Below, piece by piece: positions 1 to 11,389 of a stretch of 64,000 nt of DNA (positions are counted from its first letter, which is position 1; every line of letters starts with the position of its first letter). The translations under genes were made by a program, and so were the position numbers. Source of the stretch: Guillardia theta CCMP2712 (Eukaryota > Protista > Cryptophyta); the NCBI RefSeq assembly GCF_000315625.1, contig NW_005434570.1, forward strand, positions 73,413 to 137,412, given 5' to 3'. The notes under the pieces are model-generated. The model saw nothing but the letters and a program-made list of their open reading frames with translations. It had not been told where the DNA came from and ran no database searches.

Positions 1-155
1 GCTCTTGAATGCCCAGACACCTTCGCCCGGTCTTCATGAACTCAACAGATTCTTCTCACACCGCTCTGGTGGTTTCGAAAGTGTGAAAACGCAGAGGCGG
101 AGCAAAGACTGCTCCATGAAAGTAACAAAACAAGTCTTCACTTTTCACACGATAA

Positions 156-899
156 TCAGCCCAAACCTCGCTGAGCTTCTCTTGGTTGTAGGCACCACTC
201 ACTTGTGTCTTCAGGCATACAGAATTCCATCGAGCCAACCGCAATCTCCTCCATCTCGTTGGGGCCCTCTTGGCTGGATTGATCCAAGCACTCGCAAGTG
301 CTCTCCTCCCGTGACCACCGGGTGGGTCCGAAGCTTGCATCACTCTCGTCGCAGGAGGAAGAGCTCCGCCGCACATTTGATCTCGACAAACAAGATTCGA
401 CGTAAGGCGCGCTGGAGCATGCAGACTCGCCTCCTCCTTCACCTTGCTCACATTTTTCGCTCACCAAGAACCGCATGCAACTATCCTGAGGATTCTCGTG
501 GGTCTTATCCGTTTGCGACGGCGACGGTTGGTTGGGCTCTGATTTCTGCCTTTGTGCCTGCGGAAGCTCCTTGAATGTATGAACCAAGTTCTTTGTGTGT
601 CTTGCCCACGATTTCCTATCCCATACGTCACGGACGGTCTTGGAGCTGATCCCATAGAACTTGGCGATCACCTCGCTCTCCACATACTTGCTCGTTGGAT
701 CGGATGTTCTTTCTTGAAAGATTTTTGCAGCCAGATCGGCACTCAGTTTCCGTTGACGCACCTGGATGTTGCGTCGTCCTGCAACCGTCCCGGTCAAGGG
801 GCCAGCGACTGGATAGGCAGATTCTTCCTTCGCCACCTGCTGGTCGAAAAAGACCCTGCGATAGGGGAAGAAGTGGGGCCCCGATAGTCTCTCGCTCAT
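156..899 (-). CDS. Helix-turn-helix domain protein (putative DNA-binding), acidic tail
   Basis: Intronless ORF from ATG 899 (MSERL); RKLSADLAAKIF...IAKFYGISSKTVRDVWDRKSW has an HTH-like pattern; acidic low-complexity C-terminus. Confidence 0.55.
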   Translation of the reverse strand: MSERLSGPHFFPYRRVFFDQQVAKEESAYPVAGPLTGTVAGRRNIQVRQRKLSADLAAKIFQERTSDPTSKYVESEVIAKFYGISSKTVRDVWDRKSWARHTKNLVHTFKELPQAQRQKSEPNQPSPSQTDKTHENPQDSCMRFLVSEKCEQGEGGGESACSSAPYVESCLSRSNVRRSSSSCDESDASFGPTRWSREESTCECLDQSSQEGPNEMEEIAVGSMEFCMPEDTSEWCLQPREAQRGLG

Positions 900-1569
900 A
901 TCGCAAAGAATGCTCTTCGACAGACCGGCTGATCGCTGTAGACGACGCTGTAGGGAACAGAACCGGGTCGAACGAAGAAAGTTGCCGTGGAACAAGAAGA
1001 AAGATGTTATGAGAAGATGGAAGCTCAGCAAGAATGAGAGAAGAGGGAAAGTCAGTAGTCAAGGCGATCAGTGGAGGGCGGGGAGGAGCACATACAAGGG
1101 ATGCGTGGCGTAGTTGTATACTTATTATTGCTTCAGGAAAGAGCCCCCAGAGGGGGTCCTCAGTGTCTCATGAGTGGACGAAGCTCAACGAGATGGAATT
1201 GGTTTGTGACTTAGGTCGGGACTTAGGAAATCGACGAGCCTGGCTCAGGGGTCAGGCAGAGAAGAGGGGTTTAGGGCTAATAACCGCTCGAGGTCGCGCC
1301 TGCCATGGGTATAATTGTAATTGGATATTTGATGTTTTATATTTATTTACTCACCTGCGAACTTCATGAAAGCTTGTTCTGTGCAACTACACCGACAAAA
1401 ATTTCCACACCCAAGACAGCCAGGCAGAAATTATCGAGAGCAGACAAGGAAGTGTTTTACTTCGAGACAGAGTTGATCTCTGCTTGAATGATGATTGACT
1501 CGCTGTTAATGATTGTGACCAGACTGAAAAAGCCATTCCATCGGAACGAGTAATAGATCTCAAAGCATT

Positions 1570-2465
1570 TCATCCTTGCGCAGGGCTTTTCCTTGAAAAC
1601 CCCCCGGAGAAGTACGGGATGGTACGTTCACAAGCATCTTCTAGCCTCGTCGGAGCATTCTGCAACTTGTTTACTTCCTGTCTGTCAGCATTCATTCGAG
1701 CTGTACTCTTGTCGTCCCTTGTACTATGACGTTCGTCGTTTAAGTCATCTATATTCACTCCGCTGTACTTCAATATCTCAGTCTTCACAATCTCTCGCTG
1801 ATTCTCTGCAACCAAACTTGGTCACATGTTGATGCATACTTGGCTCTCTGTCTGCGTTGTCAGAGTGAGAGGCTTGAGGTCAGACATTCTGAATCACCTT
1901 CAACGCTGCCATTTGTGACATGTTGAGGAAGATCATGAGGGTGATCTTGATGGTCGCTTACAATGGTGATGTTTGCTTCAGAACGTAGAGAAACATCGTC
2001 GCTGCCTATCGATGAAAGTATAGATGCATGAGGCGACAAACTTGTTGTCGCGTCGTCACTAGGACTATCTTTATGGTCGTATTTGTCAAGATGCTCATTA
2101 TCATCATGATCTTTCATCGCTCGTTCTCTTCTTCTCCTCTGACGCTTCTTCTTCTCTTCTTCTTGTTTGTCACAAAGTGATAAGGCTTTGACTATTTGGA
2201 CATGGATATATATAAGAATATACATCTTCACAAAGTGACAACAATTCATGCAACAAGAGATGCATCGTTCAAAGGCGGAGAAGTTCAAACATGATGTGAA
2301 CAAGTCATGTGGCAGAGTGAAACATCTCTCATAAATATGACATTCCATCCAGCATATGACGATCCGGGAGGTCTTCGTGGAAAAACGTCTTGGTCCCGGA
2401 ATCTTCCGATTCAACACTGTATTAGAATACGCTTCAGCTGCAACCATGCAGAATCTAGTTCGCAA
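1570..2465 (-). CDS. Hypothetical spliced protein (boundaries approximate)
   Basis: Minus-strand ORFs 1860-2465 and 1570-1815 can be joined by a plausible ~46-nt GT..CTGAC..AG intron (~1897-1852); charged, Ser/Asp-rich; no recognisable domain. Confidence 0.3.
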
Positions 2466-2617
2466 TCACTCAGGGCCAGGCTTATCATGTGCTACCTGTT
2501 CGCAACGATTGGAAAATGAAAAATCCACAGAAGAATTCTCTACCTGTGTGATGGGATGGCGGGGTGACTCAGAGTCAGCTGCGAGCCGCTCCGAGTCAGT
2601 GCCGGAGAGCCTGATCC

Positions 2618-2840
2618 GATCAGTACACGAGGACAATCAGCTCGGAGAGTCGAGGAGGCTCAGTGACCTTGACACTGTCGCACATTCCATGCGTGATAGT
2701 ATTGAGCTCCGGAGTCCGGCCCGGGCCGCAGACCGTATCGGAGTGACGAGGCTGGCCGGTCCCCGGGCCGCGGGCCCGGGCGGCCGGCGGGGAGGGGCTT
2801 GGACCTCGTACTGATTTTTAACTTAACATTGAGTAAAGAG
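2618..2840. repeat. Two opposite-orientation partial copies of a dispersed ~80-bp repeat flanking a GC island
   Basis: 2618-2684 GATCAGTAC..GAGGACAATCAG..TGACACTGTCGCACA; 2804-2840 CCTCGTACTGATTTTTAACTTAACATTGAGTAAAGAG. Confidence 0.7.
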
Positions 2841-3274
2841 ACTATGAGAGCCATGTTTTGAAGTTGGTCGGGCACTCGACTCGAACGAGACGCAATGGCT
2901 TGCAAGTTGCGACCATCCACGAGCTGCTCCCCTGCTTGCGCTTGCGCCCTCCCCCCCCCCCCCCCTTCTCCCATCTCCCCTCCTCCCTCTCCCAACCATC
3001 CCTCCTCATCTCCATGCTCAATGTCGCTCTCTTCCTGCACCACTTGCTCTTGCTCCTGCTCCGGCTCCGTCCTGCTCCTGCTCCTGCTTCCTTTCTCTCC
3101 TCCATTACTACCTTCTGCTGCTTCTGCTGTCTCAGTCTTTTCATCTGCATCTCATCATCAAAAGCTGCTTCCGTGTGCCTGCATGTTGACTGGGATGGCC
3201 GTCAACCGCATAACATGCTCGCTTCGCCACAAAAGTGTTTTCCTACTTGACGATTGCACCAGGGACCAGCTGCA

Positions 3275-6107
3275 ATGATGTCGCAGAGGCGCTTATGTGG
3301 CAATCTTTTGTTCCTCCTCCTACTGCCCAAGATCGCACTTGCCTTCGTCCCGGTGGTGGGGCTGCAACGCGCGATGCCGGGTCATCGCTCAAACCTCTCC
3401 CCTTCGAGGGATGCAGCGTTCCTCAGGGTTTTGAGCAGCAGAAATCCTTCTGCTCCTCGAGGATGGAGGACGAAGGTTCCTGTTGCCATGTCGGGATTTT
3501 CCCCTCCTTTCGTGGGATCCATCGACGATGGAACACAGAGCTGCAGATGCATCATCTTCGACCAGAAGGGGAAAGTTGTCACCAAGGCGCAGAAGCAGAA
3601 GCAACAAATCTTTCCTCAGCCCGGATGGTGCGAGCAGGATCCCCGTGACATCATTGACAACGTGAGATTCTGCATTGAGGAAGCTGTGAAAGACTTGCAG
3701 CGGTTGGGCCACAGCGTGGAAGAGGTGAAGGGAGTGGGAATTACAAACCAGCGAGAGACGACGGTGATCTGGGACAGGAAGACTGGCAAGCCACTACACA
3801 ATGCCATTGTTTGGTTGGACACCAGGAACTCTAAGACCTGTGAAGATCTTGCCAACGCACACGGAGGTAGAGACGCGTTTCGAAGGAAGTGTGGTCTGCC
3901 TATCAGCACTTATTTCTCAGGTGAAGGTTGGGGTTGCCAATCGTTGTTTCTCACTGTGTTCGGTCTAAGGCGTAAAGCTGAAATGGCTTTTTGATACCTT
4001 TCCTGAGATCTTGGCAAAGGCAGAGAGAGGAGAAGTGATGTTCGGAACGGTTGACTCTTGGTTGATCTACAATCTCACGGGCAAACATGTTACTGATGTT
4101 ACCAACGCATGCCGTAAGACGCGTGCCTTGCTATGATTTGATTCTCCTTCTACAAAATGATGAGATACAGACGATTTATATTAAACTCCTTGCCTTGAGC
4201 ATCATGTGATGCAACTACATGCAGTGCCTCTAAAGTTTTGGGCAGGTACTATGCTCATGAACCTTGAAGCTCTCAAATGGGACGAAGAGGTCTGCTCGAA
4301 GGTCCATGCAACATGTCAGCCCCGAATTCATGCAACTGATGTTTCGATAGTTCGGAGTGCCAATGTCCATCCTTCCTGAGATCAAGAGTTCTGCCGAGGT
4401 TTCTCTCCTGAATCCTGTCGCTTTTTCCTGAGTTGCTGAAAAGATTTACGGCGACATTCTCGATGGTCCATTGAAGGTGACAATGCTTGGCTTTGCTTAC
4501 CTGTCCCGATATTGGAGGATCAGGGGATTCCTGTTGCTGCCTGTTTGGGCGATCAGCAGTCCGCATGCGTTGGGCATTGCGCTTTCAATCCTGGCGATTC
4601 TAAGAACACGTAAGATCATGGGATGCTAATTTCTTGAATCTCCGTTTTGGTCGCAGTCTTGGTGATGCTTATGTTCCATTGACTCACCTGATCAGGTACG
4701 GCACAGGGTGCTTCCTGCTGATGAACACGGGAGAGAAACCTTCATTTTCCAATAACGGCCTCCTGTCCACGGTTCGAGCCCTTTCAGTCCAAGTGCTGAT
4801 CGCTTCTCATTTCCCTGTTCCTCTCAGGTCTGCTATCAGTTGGGAGCAGACGCACCAGCCATCTACGCACTTGAAGGCATCCATTCGGCCTTCCCCAACA
4901 GTCCTTTGTGACCTCTTGGCAGGCTCCGTCGCTATTGCTGGAGTTGGCGTGAGCTGGTTGCGAGACAACATGAAGTTTCTCGAGCACGCGGAAGAGAGCG
5001 AGGTAAATCTCTTATATCGACCTTGGGTTGTCCGGCTCTGATATAGCTGGACATCAGAAGGTCGCCCGGAGCGTCCCCGACACAGGCGGGGTTTACTTCG
5101 TCCCAGCATTCTCAGGCAAGTCTGTCAACCATGTCAAATTACTTCCTCTGCTTCCGAGTCTCATTGTTGCCTTCAGGCTTGTTTGCTCCATACTGGAAGG
5201 AAGGCGCCCGTGGTGCGATTCTCGGTCAACTTGTTTCATGAACAATGCCTGGAAGGCGCTGAACTCTTTCTGAAAGGTCTTACTCAGTTCACCACATCTG
5301 CTCACATTGTCCGCGCGCTCCTTGAGGCCGTTGCCTTCCAGGTGAAGATACCTTGCGCTCTCCCTCCCCCTCCCTCTCTCCCTCCTCCCCTTCCCTCTCC
5401 TCCTTGGGCCCCTTACTCTACGCAGACCGCAGATGTGGTTGATGCCATCATGAAGGGTTCGCTGCCAAGTCTGCTGCCATCGCAACGCTGACAAGTAACA
5501 GACTCAGGAATTCAGCTGACCCGCATGAAAGTCGATGGTGGAATGACAGCCAACGACGTCCTCATGGAGTTCCAGGTAATCTTTCCAACCTCCCCTCCTC
5601 TCCCAAACACCCTCAACCTCGTCCTCTTGCCCGGCTCTAGTGCCGCAGCTCTCTCCTCACCCTCAAACTCGTCCTTCCTTTCGTGTTATTTCTCCAGCTC
5701 ATCCTGTCATACTACAAGGCTGATGTGCTCGGAGCCACCGTGATGCGGCCAGCCATGCGGGAGGTTATCAGCTGCTGTGACGTTCGAGTGTCAGAGCCTG
5801 ACGGGTGTACAGGTCACTGCTCTGGGTGCTGCGTTGGCAGCTGGACTGGCAGTTGGTAAGGAAAGGCTCACTGCTCATGCTGCATCTCACTTTCTCCTCT
5901 TAGGCGTGTGGAAGAACATCCAGGAGCTTGAGAAGGTTCAGAGCGACACCTGCGACTACACCTTCTTCCAGTCCAAGGTGGGACTGGGAGCGATGCTGAC
6001 GTCATCAGAGTTTGCTGAGTGGCCAACAGATGGACACGGAGACGCGGAAGATGAAGAAGATGAAATGGGAGGACGCTGTCAAGAGAACCTTCGATTGGGT
6101 TCAGTGA
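3275..6107 (+). CDS. GK: Glycerol kinase, multi-exon, with bipartite plastid-type leader
   Basis: FGGY motifs [69 protein letters not shown]; ends FDWVQ-TGA at 6105-6107; N-terminus [16 protein letters not shown]. Confidence 0.93.
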
Positions 6108-6144
6108 CGCGATGGGGCCGAGGTGGTGGCTTTTACCATGTCCT

Positions 6145-7299
6145 TCAATCGTTGATATGAAAATCTCCCTCCCGCAAAAACTGCTCATGCCCCTCCGTCT
6201 CCTTGTACCATTGCACCAGGTGCCTCAGTCCCTCCTCTATCCCCGTCCTGGGCGCCCACCCCAGCAGCGCTCCAGCCTTGCTGATGTTTGCGTACGTCTC
6301 CTCTACCTCGCTGGGACTGGAACCTGCGTCAACCAGCGTCGCGTTCTTGCCCAGAATCACCTCTAGGAAGCGGATAAAGTCGCGGACGGGCACAGGATGG
6401 CTGTTGCCCAGGTTGAAAGTCTCTGGCCGGAAACAGCCGTTAGCGTCTCGGTGGCTCCTGAACTGGCAGGCGGACAGGATGCCTGAGACGATGTCGTCGA
6501 TGAAGGTGAAGTCCCTTGCCATCCTCCCTCCTTCATACAGCTTGATGGGCAGCCCCTTGTCAATGTTGTGAGTGAACATGTAAGCTGCCATGTCCGGTCG
6601 ATTCCATCTGCCGTACACTGTGAAGATCCGAAGGGCGGTGGAGTGTAGGCAATAGGTGTTGTAGTAGGAGAAGGCCAGGAGCTCGTTGCTCTTCTTTGTG
6701 GCTCCGTAGAACCCAGCTGGCATGTCCGTCCGGTCGCTCTCGGAGAAAGGTTTCTTTCTGTTCAGCCCGTAGACGCTGCTGGAGGAGGCGTACACGAGGT
6801 AGCACTTGGGGCACTGCTTGCGAATGGTCTCAAGCAGGACGGCGAAGCAGTCGAAGTTGTTGCTGACGTACTCGTAGGGCTTGTAGTAGGCGTAGCGAAC
6901 CCCAGCCTGAGCTGCAAGATGTACAACATGCGTGAAGTTGCTGCTCGAGAAGATGCGCTGAAGCAGCTCCTCGTCGCAGAGGTTGCCATGGTGGACTATG
7001 ATCCCCCCTTGCTCCAGGATCTCCTTCCGTGCCACCTTGAGCGTCTTGCTGTAGTACGTGTTCAGGCTGTCTATCCCCACCACCTGCTTCGGCGACAACC
7101 CTCCTCCTCCGCTTGCCTTTGGCAGGATCATCCCTTGTATCAGATTCATTCCAATGAAGCCCGCGGCTCCGGTCACTAGGACCCTGTCTTGCTCGGTGAA
7201 ATCCACCCTCCTCTCGCCCTTGTTGGGACAGTCATCCACACAGGAGACGCGACAAGTCTTGAGCAGCAGCATGCAACACACGACCAACCATGCTTTCAT
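6145..7299 (-). CDS. GAE: UDP-glucuronate 4-epimerase-like extended SDR, intronless
   Basis: VLVTGAAGFIG, HLAAQAGVRY, YASSSSVYG, YGATKK, FTVYG, RDFTFIDD; hydrophobic N-terminal signal/anchor from ATG 7299. Confidence 0.88.
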   Translation of the reverse strand: MKAWLVVCCMLLLKTCRVSCVDDCPNKGERRVDFTEQDRVLVTGAAGFIGMNLIQGMILPKASGGGGLSPKQVVGIDSLNTYYSKTLKVARKEILEQGGIIVHHGNLCDEELLQRIFSSSNFTHVVHLAAQAGVRYAYYKPYEYVSNNFDCFAVLLETIRKQCPKCYLVYASSSSVYGLNRKKPFSESDRTDMPAGFYGATKKSNELLAFSYYNTYCLHSTALRIFTVYGRWNRPDMAAYMFTHNIDKGLPIKLYEGGRMARDFTFIDDIVSGILSACQFRSHRDANGCFRPETFNLGNSHPVPVRDFIRFLEVILGKNATLVDAGSSPSEVEETYANISKAGALLGWAPRTGIEEGLRHLVQWYKETEGHEQFLREGDFHIND

Positions 7300-7825
7300 C
7301 TCGCTAGTTGGCAGGAGACTGGTGGAGCAGATCCGAGCCTCAAGCAGCGTCAACGGGGCAGCAGCTGGACCCGCGTGATGCCATGACGACTCTGCCTATC
7401 GCTCCTGCCGCATCATCTTCCCTCCTCCCTCCTCTTCCTTCCTCCCTGCATCCCGTCACCAGGGAAGCGATCCTGGTAAAGATAAGGAAACTGCGCAGGG
7501 GGTCATGCGAAGGGCAACGGAGAGCAAAAGAGGGCATATACCTGCATATTTATTATTACCTCTGCTATAGAATATACCAGCCTAGGGTGGGGGCCCCAAA
7601 GAAGGGGGACACGAGATTTGTGGGGTAAGTCAGGCGCGCAGACGGAGACAACTGAAGAGCAAGCGGAAGGAACGAGCGAAGGATAGAGGGTAGAGGAGAG
7701 GAGCAAAGACAGGACAGGACAGGAGAGAACAGGAGTGAGGATAGGAAGAGCAAGCAGAGGAGGGGGCAAGTGAAGGGGAGGAGGTAGTGGAGAAGGAAAG
7801 CTACGGAGGAGGAGATCGCTTGAAC

Positions 7826-8854
7826 ATGTATCATCCCAGGTACTCCCTCTTGGTATTGCTCTGCTCTCTGTTGTGATGTCGATGCTGCTCAGGAAGGAGA
7901 ACGCTTGCTACGACACCACAGAGTGGGACGAGCTGCAGAAGAAGTATGGAAACCTTGATACTGAGCTGGGGAGCGATCGCTACTTGAAGGATCTGGAGGA
8001 GGAGACGAGAGCGATAGGAGATCTTCTGAAGAAGCAGGAGAAGGAAGAGGAGAGGAGATGGAATCAAAGGGCGATGGAAATGGGTGATGAAGACGACGAA
8101 GCTGACGAAGACGAGCAGACATTCATGGAGAACTACAGGTTGCGATTGGTTTGCGTGCAGGGCGGGTCTGAAGATGGATCTTGTCCTTTCAGGCAGCGCA
8201 GGCTCGAAGAGATGAAAGCTGCAGCCAAGGCAGCCAAGTTCGGTGAAGTCTACAACATCTCGGCAGACTCCTTCCGACAGGTCAGCGATGTCACCATGTT
8301 GCTCGTCTCAATTGGCTGTCGCAGGAAGTGACGGATGCGGCAACAGAGAGTCTGTTTGTGGTTGTTTACCTGTATCGCGATGGAAGAGCCGACTGCGAGC
8401 TTGTGAATGAGATGTTGACCGAGATGGCGAAGAAGAACCCCAACACAAAGTTCACGAGGATATACTACTCGAACGCGGTCAGCATGATTTTCAATGAGCC
8501 GTCCAAATTGATGTTGCTTGAAGATCCCCAACTACCCTGAAGCACATCTGCCGACCATCTTGGTATATCATAAGCATGACATCGTCAAGCAGGTATCACA
8601 ATGCCTCGTGCGCATTGAATCTTTTCTGCAACTCAAACTTGTTGCCGTTTGGCTGATACCAACTCTCAGATAGTAACTCTACGAGAATTTGGAGGTTACG
8701 AAAGAATGGCAAAACCAGACGGCAAGAAACTGCTCGCTAAAGCTCTCAGGTTTTTCAACAACAACTTGTCACACGCCAATGATCTTTGAACCTTCTTAGA
8801 TCCGTTGGTGCCCTGCAACCATTGGAGGAGGATGAAGAAGAGGATGGTGAATGA
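7826..8854 (+). CDS. Phosducin-like protein (PhLP2/PDCL3-like), multi-exon
   Basis: DTTEWDELQKKYGNL, ENYR|QRRLEEMK, KFGEV, VVVYLY, IPNYPEAHLPTILVY; short introns; ends EEDGE-TGA. Confidence 0.8.
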
Positions 8855-8994
8855 GGCATTCCATCATTACTCGAGCACAACACAATGAAATTGCTATGGG
8901 GTGCCAACTTTTTCTCAAATCAGGTTTACTTCCTACAGGCATGATCAAGTGCAAAGTGAAAACTCTCCTGCTAGCAGGACCATCCCATCTATAT

Positions 8995-9765
8995 TCACAC
9001 CGCCGACTTCGCCTTCTCAGCGATGGACTGCTCGCCCCCCTCAACAATGGGACTTGGTCCTACCAAAAACAAATTCTTCTCTGCGATCTTCGCCTTCACT
9101 TTCGTCAAAACCTCTCCCAGCTTCTTGAGCCCTTCTTCTCTGTCCTGACCTTCAGCTAGGCCGTATGCAAACTTGGCCTGTCCCAAGAAGCCCATTGCCC
9201 TGTCACACGCATTCTTCTTCATGGCCTCAAACGCCCTATGGCAGCAAAGATCGCCAAATTGCTTGTGGGGGACCACACTGACGGTGAACTGCTTCCTGAG
9301 CCCACCCCACACGAAGCGTACGTTGCCGCTAGTGAGAGCAAAGATCGTGTGATCCCTCCCAAGACCGACGTTGTCTCCTGGTCTGAACTTGGTCCCCCGC
9401 TGTCGGATAATGATGTTGCCTACCGTTACTTGCTCTCCTCCTGAAGCAAACATGAGCGGGCAAGGGATCATAGGAGTGAAGGTACACACCTAGTTTCTTC
9501 ACTCCAAGCATCTTTGGTTGAGAGTCTCTCCCGTTCCTCGAGGATCCTCCTGCTTTCTTCGTAGCCCACCTAACAGCACGAATCAAACTATGCTCAATCG
9601 ACGGCGAAGCTAGTATGCCGAGCGACACAAGGCATACCTTCGGCTGATCATGCTCAGGGCAGACATGGCAATGTTCACGGGGGGCGCATGAGGGGTCGGA
9701 GGAGCTTGCAAGGTCCTGCCCATCATCCGCAGCATAGGCGCAACGCACTGGCTCAGCCGCTGCAT
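8995..9765 (-). CDS. MRPL27: Mitochondrial ribosomal protein bL27 with C-terminal extension
   Basis: [21 protein letters not shown]|[36 protein letters not shown]; Arg-rich, acid-free presequence from ATG 9765; two introns. Confidence 0.88.
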
Positions 9766-9870
9766 GCCGCCGACGACAATTGCAGAGACGGTTCCTTCTG
9801 TCAGAAATTTCTTGCGGTTCCTTAAAAATCCTGGTATGAGAGGGGATGCGGGGTGCGGGTTATTCTGCCC

Positions 9871-11321
9871 ATGGAAGAGAAGCTCAAGGAAGCGGGTTGG
9901 GGTGCCGCAACTTCCGCCGCCATCGGCAAGATAATGTGAGGAGGAGGAGCAGGAGGAGGAGGAGCAGGAGGAGGAGCAGGGGGGAGAGGAGGAGGAGGGA
10001 GAAGGATGGACGGAGGAAGGTTGGAGGCATGCAGGTAGTTAGGTGGGATGGAGGGAGGAAGAAGCGAAGAAAAGAGGTCAATAGGATGAGTAGGTGAGGG
10101 ACAGAGCAAGGATTGGAGACTGGGCGAAGCGAAGACAAAGCCTTAAGAGTGCAGCATGGTGGATGCGAATGTGCGTGCTGGATGGGCATGCAGTGGTGGA
10201 TTTGAGCACGGGTAGCTTCGAAGGACTCCTAGACTGAGCTAAAGTTGGATGGAGAGGAGAACTGGAGGGCTGATAACGGTATTTCCTTCTAACTTCTTCT
10301 GCAGAAGCCATTCGTTCAACACCCCCGTCTCCTACCCAAAACTTGTAAACTCTTGATGGGCCCATTGCTTCCCTTGTCCCAAGCTGACTGCCAGCTTACA
10401 GGGTATGACCGGCGCAGCCATAGCCACTCTCGTGTATTGCCCGACCAAGGTGGATCATTACTTGTTGCCTCCTCCTCCTGACGCTGGCATGCAAGAATTA
10501 CTTCGCGCAGCAGCGTCAGACCGAGGACGCGCTGAACCATTTCTTTGCGGGTTGTGAGTTGGAGGGAACAACGTGAGCCTTACATCGCACCAGGAAGCAT
10601 CAGTGGATACATCCTGGGCGCAATGCTGTCGACAGGAAAGTTCCACTTCAGTGTCGTGCAGAGGCTCACGCTTCACTGCAGCCAAGAACTTGACAACTCA
10701 CGGGTTGGTGGTTGGAGGGGTCGGCGGTGAGGGAGGTACTTCGGGGTTCACGGTTCCCTGACAAGGCAGGGCAGGAATGGGGTTATTCTTTGGGGGGGGG
10801 CTCCTGGATGCTCTGAGATTACGAGTGGTGATGAGAGGAAAAGGCGATGGAGTGTTTGAGAGTCCTGACGGGAAGGGCAGGGAAAGAGCATCTACGAGAG
10901 GAGAAAGAACGATAGGCCGATCCAAGAGCTGCAGAGTCTTTATGAAAGGGGAAGCCTGACGTACAACGAGTACCTCGACGAGCTAGCAAGCCTGAAAAGG
11001 AAGAAAATCCTGACCCTGAAAGGTGCTGCTGCTGGCGTGCGTGTGGTGACTGTGGGGGGAGGAGGAGGAGGAGGGAGGGAAAGGGACACGGCTGGTCAGG
11101 GAGAAAGAACAAGAGGGAGAGGCTTGTTGACTTTCCTTCTTCCACTTGCTCCTATGGAGAGGATGATTGCTTTCTTCGCAGAGGAGCTGAAAGAGGAGGA
11201 GCCTTGGTGGATGACGTACCTGCCTGTGAGGAAGATGACAGAGGAAGAGATTGAGATGCATGCGGAGAACTGCCGGAGGATAGAGGTAAGGGAGTTTGAA
11301 TCCGTGGGGGACTGGGTTTGA
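9871..11321 (+). CDS. Tim17/Tim22/NDUFA11-like membrane protein (exon structure approximate)
   Basis: Spliced reading GMTGAAIATLVY..|..QRQTEDALNHFFAG|SISGYILGA..HGLVVGGVG matches the Gly-rich Tim17-family TM pattern; starts MEEKLKEAGWGAATSAAIG. Confidence 0.5.
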
Positions 11322-11389
11322 CTTGTAGAGCAGCTCGCTAAGACGCACGTTGACCGAGAGAAAGTCAGGCTAAGTTTCGAGCAAAGTTT

